Below, piece after piece: positions 13,601-23,095 of a stretch of DNA of 64,000 nt. The stretch comes from Podarcis pityusensis (taxonomy: Eukaryota). The position numbers were made by a program, and so were the translations under genes. The stretch lies in NCBI GenBank assembly GCA_964106645.2, contig OZ067038.1; one strand, given 5' to 3'. Position 1 is the first letter of the stretch. Each line of letters opens with the position of its first letter. The notes under the pieces are model-generated. The model searched no databases, was not told the origin of the DNA, and saw only the letters and a list, made by a program, of their open reading frames with translations.

Positions 13601-15566
13601 ATTTTTCTGAGAAGCTTTCTAAGCTTTTTCTTTTTCTGCTCTCCCTAGAAAAAAAAAAGGCCCTTTGCAGAATTTTCTCCAAATATTTTCTACCATTTTT
13701 TGTGGCAACAGGTATACCTTCTTTCCCTGTCAAGCCCCAGAATGATGCTAGGTCCAGGAATGTGCAAAGGATGCAAAATGGTGGGAAGACTGCCAACAAG
13801 TTATTGCTGCTGGTACCACTTGAAGCGGGGGTTGGGGGCTGGATAGAGCGATAGATTGACAGAAAGATGAGACTGTGCCACTGCTAATGGTGAGCCCCAC
13901 TCTCAATAAACTATTGGAGTATTTCTCCTCTAGTCCTAGACAAGGACTATTTCCAACTAGAAATCTGTACTGTGCCTAAAAAGAAGGCCCTGAAGAGGCT
14001 TGGGACCGTTTTCACAATTTTACCACAGCTGTCATCACCACCATCACAACCAACAATAAAGACTTGTGTGTGTTGTCTTATACTGGGCAGTATCCAACAA
14101 AGTTGTTTGTCAGGGCAAGGACTTATGGCTATTCAAAGGAAAGTCCCCTCCTCTTCTCCAGCCCCTAAATCTGTTCCAGGGGTTCCCCCAATCCTCTAGA
14201 ACAGATTTGGGGAGGAGAGATTGGGGACGTTGCATTGCACAAATGTTAATCTTTGCACTAATGGAACTACTTCACCAGATACTGCTCATTGTTAGGAAAT
14301 TTATGTTGAGCACAATGACTGCCAAATCCCAGGAGAGCAAATCAACTTTAGCTATATGACAACTTCACTTCATGGCCAGGCATAATCCACTTTGAAATTT
14401 CCATACAGTCAAAGCTGATTTTCAGTTGCCCAACAGGACTCTTAACAAGACTATAAAAATGCAGTGTTTTCGCAGCTTCAAAACAAGAAATTTAGAATGT
14501 CAGCTTTGTTAATAGTGTATGTATACATTATGGTCTATAGGGGCTAGTGCCATACCTCTCATAACAACAACAAACACAGCCCACATCTGTAACATAATAA
14601 GAACCATCACTGCTTTAAATAAAGTAATTCCTACACAGTCACATGAAGAGAAAAAAGATACTGAACGTTTGGGCTGTACGGTTTTTGTACGGTTTTTGAT
14701 CCCCCCCCCGTCACTTTTAATGTCATTTTTAGCTAGTTAAAAGTATTGTTAAGGATGTTAGAGTCCAAACTATTTCACAGAAACTTTATTTTTTTTTTGT
14801 AATAGAGATGGGGAGAGGGAGGGAGGGAGGGAGGGAGGGAGAGAAGTTTCAAATAGCAACATTGTCCAAAAGGGTGAAAGGGAACAGATGGCCGTGGAGA
14901 ATGCAGACTCAAAGCTCTGAAGAAAAGGCCTATATTGACAGATCTTGCTGTTTCCTATTCAAGCATGAACGCTCTGGCATGGAGAGTTAAGACGATACAA
15001 GGAGCGACCTCTGTTCCCAGCAACCCGCTACGGGCAACTGGCCTCTGAAGCTTTCTGAGAAAAACAAGGAGACACAGACAGACAAACAGATATGGCAACA
15101 AGCCCAGCTCTCAGCTATCAGGGGAAAAAATAGAAAGGCCAGAAGCAGCTGCCTTTTCCTGGCTCCAGAGCAGAGCATTAGAAAGAGCATTTCCAGCCTT
15201 TCACATCTTCCTTTTCAGAGCCAGCTTCTTCCAGGGGTCAACCTCAAGCTGCTGGTCTTTGCCCCGAGCCGAGGTGAAAAAAAGGACAGATCAGAACTTG
15301 TCTTGCTCATTGAAAACTGCTCTCTTTAATCATAAGAACTCCCTCCAGCAAACACAAAAATTTCAGACATAACCCCCTAATGATAACGCTTGAGGTTTTG
15401 TGTGTAACAAGCCCTGGGGATTTAAATTTAAAGAATTTAAAGCTGCAGTTCCCACACTCAGGTTTAACTGAGCCCATTTTCTAGCATGCACCACACAGAG
15501 CTGGCCCCCCTCCCTCAAGCACAGCGCTGGGAGAGTCCTGGGAATCCCATCACTAGCAAGTGTCTC

Positions 15567-15593
15567 GTGTGTGTGTGTGTGTGTGTGTGTGTG
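15567..15593. repeat. (GT)n microsatellite
   Basis: Seen directly. Confidence 0.9.
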
Positions 15594-16199
15594 ACCCTAT
15601 CACCATAATATAATCACTGTTGTTTTCCTGCAATGATGTTGAGTACATTTAAAGCAAACATCCAAACTCAAACTTTAGAGTGCAAAGATTTTTAAAAAAT
15701 GAATGCACAACCATACCTCAAAACTGTCAGTGGCTTGGAGCACCGCAGGGAATTGAAAGTGCCTGCACTCCGTTTTTAAAAAGAAGCACTGGTTCATTGT
15801 ATCTTATCCTTTCCCTATTGTATTCTCTCTGCTGAGAGCACAGGAAGTATCTGTGTGGATTTGGCCTGAGTTTCTTGCTACTTTGCCAATTTTTAAAGAC
15901 TTTCCTTTTTCACAGTACTCTTTCATCCAGGAATGTCCAACCTGCTCAACACCGAAGCAAGCATCTGAAATATCCACCATCAGATATATTGCAATAAACC
16001 ACATGGGCTAGAAATGTAATTTTAAAAAATGAAATGTGAGATTCCCCACCTGCAAGTCTCAACTTTCTCAGCCTCCTCAAATCCAACAGACAGGAAAAAT
16101 GGAAGTCTGTTTACCATGAACTTCCATTTCTCCTGGTGCTTCACAGAGAGCAGTTCTGACCTCTAGGATATAGCAGAGCAGTAAAAAATAATAATAATA

Positions 16200-18480
16200 G
16201 GGTGGACTTCTGCAGAGGCCTGTCAGAATGTGACCACCTTCTGTAGCACCCTATGCCCAAAGGCCACATCTGCAGAAGAGAAGGTGTCAATTCTATTATG
16301 TTTAGCAAATGCATGGAGAGATGCCCAGGTAGGCCCCTCTGCAACTCTCAGAAATGGAGAAACTACCAATGTAAGCTGATGAGGTGGTTGCTCCCCAGAG
16401 GAAGTGTGCAGTTTGCCCCTCCGGTGCTGCCTTCACCAAAGGCTGAGAAACCTCAACCCAGGGCCTCCTACAACCACCTGAATATGGATGATAAGGTGAT
16501 CTTGGCCCCCAAGGACCTCCCACAAAATGCCACGAATAGTGCTTCTAACTTCCTGAACCCTGCCAGATAGGAATGAAAAGCCCTACAAACATCTAGTGTG
16601 TGTCATGCCATCTCCCCCAAATTAGAAGGCTTTGGACTAAAAGAGAGAAGAATAAAAACAGAAATAACCTTTGGAATAAATGCTGGGTCTGGCTTACAAA
16701 GCACCTTGTCCCTGTGAAAAATACAAAGCTAAGAATCCTGAGACAACGCTGCTTACCTAAGGTGATTCCCCCCAAGAAACCATTTCGTGTAGCAGAAATT
16801 TGAGCTCACATGAAGCCGTAAGTTCAAAGGGTGGACCCATAAAGGCAGTCAACACATAGTTAAGGTTCCAAACAGGAAACCAATGGACCATCAGAGGATT
16901 CCACTGACACACCCCTCTAAGGAACCATTTGAATGTGAGGGGAGAAATCCAAGACAGGCAGTCAGATCACACTGAGCTCCAACCAGGTTACACTGAACTG
17001 GGAGTCCTGCTGATTCCACATACCCAAATCACCACAGTCCTCAGGTGGGGGCCCTAGCCATACAGACTGACATCTGTTGCAATAACTTCTCTGTGAAGCT
17101 GCTCAAGGCTCCCCCCCCCCCCAGGCACCTGTGCTGGACCACCCATCAACAAAGCTCTTTGCAAGATGATGTGGTATGGCAATCTGGAGATGTCTGGATT
17201 CCATAATCTGAGTCTGGTAAGTAGTAAGGTGTGTAGATGTACCCGTGAAATGAGATACTGGCAGGACACCATCATGCCCAGAAGTTGCACCAGAACCATC
17301 AGATCCATGGTCAGTGACACGAGAATTTGATATATGGGGAGGGTCCACTTCTCCCCGAGCTCCTCCAAGTGGTGCATGCTGAATGTCCAACTAAACCTCG
17401 GAGTGGGTGACAGACTGAGTGGGTTCCAAGGAACTCTTCTCCCAATTTATGATGAAGCCATGGATTGCAGGCATTCCAGTCTAGTATTCTGGTCCCATCT
17501 GCATTTCTCCCTCAAGGTGAACCAAAACAAAAGAACATTCAGGTATGTCTGCACCCACATGCCCAAGGTCCTCAGATATGTCACAATGGCCACCAAGACC
17601 TTCACAAATACTCTGGGGACTGTGGAGAGGCCCATAGGGAGGGCCCAGTGTTGAAAATGGCGAGCTATGCAGCTGAAATGAAGGAACTTCTGGGATGAGG
17701 AACTGTAGTTAAGCCTCCAACAGATCAATTAATGTCATCCAGTCATCCCTGTCCAGAACCTGCGCAATGGAACAAGAGTCAGAGACTTCAATTTGAAGCA
17801 CTTGTGGCTGATATGTTTGTTCAGCCACTCAATTCCAGATTAGTGTGGGTGTGAATCCGGGAGATCAACTTGATCTCAAGAAGGTGATGGATTGCTATCC
17901 CATAGGCCAAGTGTTTTTCTGCCCAGGAGGACTGAGGCGTTGAGGAAAAGTACTCACTTGGAAGACTAACAACCTCCAGAGCGTAGCCTAGAGTGAATGT
18001 CTTGAGGAGCCATCTGTCTGTTATCATTGAACTCAAGATGTGAAAATGTAAGAAGATGGTTTCCTATGACCCCATGAGGAGGAACTTCCCTGGTGTCAGG
18101 AGGAGGGGTCTTTTGGGGCCAATTCTGGAATCTGGACTATGAAGAAATGGCTGCAATGGATGAGAATGGTAGCCTGGAAGACCTTGACCCTGAGGACTTA
18201 AGCTGGTTGTGCCATTATGGCTTGAAAACCAACTGCATTCCAAAGCTTTTAAGATGGCTTTTGGCTCAGAAAGGACTAACCCTGCTTGAACTTGCAGTCC
18301 TCCTCCTTAGATGTTAGTAGAGCCTTCTGCTTGTCTAAAATTTCCATCAGATAGGACTCCAACTCTCCCTGAACAACTTTGCTCCACAAAAAGGCATCCT
18401 CCAAAGGCACATGTGAGAACCAGAGTCTGCATCCAAGCTACGGCCTCCAGAAGCTGCTGTGTCTTCTTATGTGTGCACTA
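16200..18480 (-). mobile_element. Decayed DIRS-type (tyrosine-recombinase) retrotransposon
   Basis: Frame-broken motifs in DIRS order: ITDRWLLKTFTLGYALE (RT N-terminus); ALPMGLSTVPRVFVKVL...QTYLN (RT); LLGMMVSCQ; CIFHRDKVLCKPDPAFIPKV...LDVCRA; PEGQTAH...TSSA; TWASLHAFAKHNRIDTFSSADVAFGHRVLQ (YR). Confidence 0.85.
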
Positions 18481-19579
18481 GGTAGCTTGCCCCTATTATC
18501 TAAAGAACTACAAAACAGCACTCCATGGTTAAATGCTATTAAAATGGTCCATGCCATGAATTTCTACATTAACTGCAAAAGGGGCAAAGACTAGTTTATT
18601 ATTAATTTGATGATGAGGATGAGGATGATACATATTTAAAGAATTTTTTTCCTCTCGCTATCACAATTTCCATGGGGAAAAAAGTTAGCCCAATCTTACA
18701 GTATAACCCTTATTTCAAAGGGGGTGGGGGGGGGGGAGAGAGAGAGAATGCATGCATGAATGTGTTAATACCGATGCAAAAAGCAGTGCTTGCAAATTGG
18801 GTCTGTCTTCCAAATCCCAGGACAGGTGGCCCCCAAAGTATATTCCCACACATTCCAGATACCACATCTGCTGTCTAAATGCATTTTTAGGCCCCTGTAA
18901 GAACAGTCAGAGGTTTAAAATGTGGGATGTAGAAATGTTAACTGATCTCTTACAACATCTATCTGCACACAAGTATCCTTGTCACTTCAAAATAAGATTT
19001 ATGTCATAAAAACATTTAGCCATTTATATTTTACCATTCATTTTATTATGTTAAAAGCAAACATATAAAAGGAAAGTGGTAAATGATGGCCATTAAGACC
19101 AATTCAATGAGAGATGGGCCTTGTTTATTCATTTTTGGAATGAAGAAATAACAGATGACATTTTCCCTCAAGTTTTCCTGCTGCTGTTGTTCTTAATAGA
19201 ACACTATCAAATATTTAAGCTTTTCTTTTTTTTTTTTCTCTTTTCAAGCAATTGTTATTCATGCTTTCTTTCCTTTCTCCTCTATTAAATGTAAAGAGAC
19301 AAAAATAAAATAAATAAAATCAAGCAAAACTATTTGCTATGATCCTTCTTTCTGGAAAATCAGACATTTATGTGTTTTTCACACCATTTTACTCACTTCT
19401 TTACATTTTGAACAAGCTGCTTATATATATTTACTGGGGGGGGATTCTTCCCCCTGCTCACTCCACTCCCCACATTAACCCCCTAGACTTTCCCTTTCCT
19501 ACCCAATGCAACTACTAACCCCCTTTTCACCTCCCCATTCCTATTTCTGAAGTCACTTTGACTCTACACCCCCATTTTG

Positions 19580-22481
19580 GTTTTTTTTAAATGATATTTA
19601 TTAAAATTTCAGAAAAAAGAGTTACATAAAAACAAGAAAAACAAAAACAAAAGACAGAAATAAAAATACAAGAAAAATACAAAATACAGAATAAAAGAAT
19701 AAAAAACACTTAAAAAAAGAAATAGATCAATCTTTCCATGCCTTACATTCATATCCTTGTTTCTCTGACCTCCTCATACCTCCCTTTTTTGTATTCCAAT
19801 TCAATTAGTTAATTCAGCAATTTCTTTCCCTCTTTATTTTCTCTTAATCCTTTAACTTAATATACTATAACTTTAAATTTTCACCTGTTATCAATCCATT
19901 TTTACATACACCTTTATAGCATTGCTGCTTAAACCACCTAACTTCATTCTAACATCATTCTAACATTCATTAATTTAGCTTTTTACCTATTAATAGTCCA
20001 TTTTTTCATATTCCCTTATAACATTACAGCTAAAAACCACTTAGTTTCTATCCAACATCATTCTAACATTCATTAATTTTACAATATTTCTGTAAATAGT
20101 CTTTAAACTTTTTCCAATCTTCTTCCACTGACTCTTCTCCCTGGTCTCGGATTCTGCCAGTCATTTCTGCCAGTTCCATATAGTCCATCACCTTCATCTG
20201 CCATTCTTCCAAGGTGGGTAGATCTTGTGTCTTCCAATACTTTGCAATAAGTATTCTTGCTGCTGTTGTGGCATACATAAAGAAAGTTCTATCCTTCTTT
20301 AACACTAATTGGGCCCACTATGCCCAGGAGAAAGGCCTCTGGTTTCTTCAAGAAGATATATTTAAATACCTTTTTCAATTCATTATAGATCATCTCCCAG
20401 AAAGCCTTAATCCTTGGGCACGTCCACCAAAGGTGAAAAAAATGTACCTTCAGTTTCTTTACATTTCCAACATTTATTGTCGGGCAAATGATAGATTTTT
20501 GCAAGCTTGACTGGTGTCATGTACCACCTGTATATCATTTTCATAATATTCTCTCTTAAGGCATTGCATGCCGTAAACTTCATACCTGTGGTCCATAACT
20601 GTTCCCAGTCAGCCATCATTATGTTATGTCCAACATCTTGAGCCCATTTAATCATAGCAGATTTCACCGTTTCATCCTGAGTATTCCATTTCAACAGCAA
20701 GTTATACATCTTTGACAAAATCTTAGTTTTGGGTTCTAACAGTTCTGTTTCTAATTTTGATTTTTCCACCTGGAAGCCAATTTTCTTATCCAAATTATAT
20801 GCCTCCATTATCTGATAATAATGAAGCCAGTCTCACACTTTGTTTTTTAATTTCTCAAAACTCTGCAGTTTCAATCTATCTCCATCTTGTTCCAAAATTT
20901 CCCAATATTTCGGCCATTTGGCCTCCATATTGAGCTTTTTCAGAGCCTTCGCTTCCATCGGTGACAGCCATCTTGGAGTTTTATTTTCAAGTAGATCCTT
21001 ATATCTTATTCAAACATTAAACAATGCTTTCCTGACAATATGGTTTTTAAATGCTTTATGTGCTTTGACCTTATCATACCACAAGTATGCATGCCACCCA
21101 AATACATTGTTAAAACCTTCTAAGTCCAAAATGTCTGTGTTTTCCAGAAGCAGCCATTCTTTCAACTAGCAAAAAGCTGCTGATTCATAATAAAGTTTAA
21201 GGTCTGGCAGGGCAAATCCACCTCTTTCCTTTGCATATGTTAGTATTTTAAATTTTATTCTAGGCTTCTTGCCCTGCCAGACAAATCTAGAAATATCTCT
21301 CTGCCACTTCTTGAAACAGTCCATTTTGTCCACAATTTGCAATGTTTGAAACAAAAACAACATTCTAGGCAATACATTCATTTTTATCGCAGCAATACGA
21401 CCCTGCAGTGAAAGCTTCAAATTTGACCAAATTTCTAAATCTTTTTTCACTTCGGCCCAGCATTTTTCATAGTTGTCTTTAAATAAATTCCCATTTTTTG
21501 CTGTCATGTTAATCCTCAGGTATTTCACTTTCTTAACCACTGTTAAGCCTGTCTCATTCTGAAACCTCTCTCTCTCAATTGGTGTTAAATTTTTCTCTAA
21601 AACCTTGGTTTTTAACTTATTCAGTTTGAATCCTGCAACCTGACCAAATTCTTGAATCAGTTCTAAAACCCTTTTGGTACTAGATTCTGGCTCCTGTAAC
21701 GTCAATACTAAGTCATCTGCAAATGCTCTCAATTTGTACTGTTTGGCTCCGACTTGTATACCTTTAACCAACTGGTCCCTTCTAATCATATTCAGCAAAA
21801 CCTCCAGGACCGATATAAAAAGCAATGGGGAGATTGGGCAACCTTGTCATGTCCCTTTTTCTATCTTAAATTCTTCCGTCTCCACATTATTTACAATTAG
21901 TTTAGCCTTTTGTTCTGAATAAATTGCACTTATACCGTTTTCAAAGCCTTGGCCTACCCCCATCCCCTGTAGGTTCTTCTTCATAAAGCTCCAGGAAATA
22001 TTGTCAAAAGCTTTCTCCGCGTCCACAAATATCAAAACTGCTTTAGTATTTATGTTCACTTGTAATTTTTCTAAGATGTTAATTATGTTTCTCACATTAT
22101 CCGATAAGTGTCTACCCGGGAGAAAGCCTGCTTGGTCTTTATGAATCTCTTCCACTAACACTTTTTTTAGTCTTTTAGCCAGAATGTCTGCAAAAATTTT
22201 ATAATCCACATTAAGCAATGAGATGGGACAGTAGTTCTTAAGTTGTGTCTTTTCAGTCTCTGTTTTCGGCACAAGTGTAATATACGCTTCTTTCCACGAC
22301 TCTGGTGCCCTTTTCCCATCCATTATTTCGTTACAGACTTCCTTCAAAGGTTGTACCAACCATTCTTTTAAGGATCTGTAATATTTAGAGGTCAGTCCAT
22401 CCGGTCCCGGAGATTTACCTAGTTGCATATTCTGAATGGCACCTTCTATCTCCTGTTCAGTTATTTTATAGTTCAACATTT
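19580..22481 (-). mobile_element. 5'-truncated, disabled L1 LINE (ORF2 RT and C-terminal region, 3' UTR, poly(A))
   Basis: GKSPGPDG, PISLLNVDYKI, DAEKAFD, GT*QGCPISPLLF, AFADDL, KYL motifs. In-frame stops (e.g. 21847, 21166) and frameshifts near 20440 and 20310. AATAAA plus A-tail at 19581-19602. 15-bp TSD TACACCCCCATTTTG at 19565-19579 and 22482-22496. Confidence 0.95.
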
Positions 22482-22687
22482 TACACCCCCATTTTGTACT
22501 CCTGTTGTCAACTAAACCCCCATATCCATGCCTCCCCCAGTGCAATCTCCCTCTGCACACAGACCACCCCGATGATAACCTCCTGCATTTTCCACTTCCC
22601 ACAGAGTGCAACTCATAAGCACTCTATTCACCTTTTACCCAGGTATGAAGCAGCCATCCACTTCTATCCTGCAGCCCCATTTCCTTG

Positions 22688-23095
22688 TGTGATGGGACGA
22701 TGAGCTGCTTGTGTGTAAAATCCTAGTCCCTCAGAGTTTGGTCAAGTTTGCAAACCTCTGTCTGTAACGGAGCCCCTTAAACATGGCTCCGTCAGTCGCT
22801 GGCAGATTCCGACAGTGGTTGCTTTCGGAATCGCTTCCAACATAAAAGCTCCTTAACGGAAACACGTCTTCTGGACTCTCTGCGTGACAGTTTCCGGCGA
22901 GGAGTGGGTGTCCCTACAGGAGGTCCTGAAACCTCCCCACTGTTTTCGCTGGAAGTGTCTCTGAGCCATCCCTCCAGCTCCCTTTCCCTCAGCTCAGCTC
23001 CTCTCCCCCTACTGGTTCCCTCTTCAGCTGCTGAGTCTCTCCCAACCTGTGTGAGCCCTTTCACTTCCCTTCCTTCCGATGGCAGTTCCCTGACA
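22688..23095 (-). repeat. 3' LTR of the Gypsy element
   Basis: Same 408-bp sequence as the 5' LTR; immediately preceded on the minus strand by the polypurine tract. Confidence 0.96.

Noticed and set aside
11500-14460. Short plus-strand ORFs rich in Cys and N-x-S/T sequons (e.g. 12692-12949), suggesting a decayed viral envelope or glycoprotein gene
   Set aside because: No recognisable family motif, many stops in all frames, and Asn codons are frequent in AT-rich DNA. A frameshift-aware translated search would be needed to revive the idea.
22482-22611. N-terminal ~44 aa of the 254-aa ORF (21847-22611) as a novel L1 fusion
   Set aside because: It lies outside the L1 TSD; this is chance read-through of flanking DNA into a 5'-truncated L1 that has a stop at 21847.
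22775-22794. Pol stop in a UGA-CGG context followed by a hairpin (read-through signal)
   Set aside because: Read-through would add only a few residues before TAA; the hairpin is better explained as part of the R/U5 priming structure.
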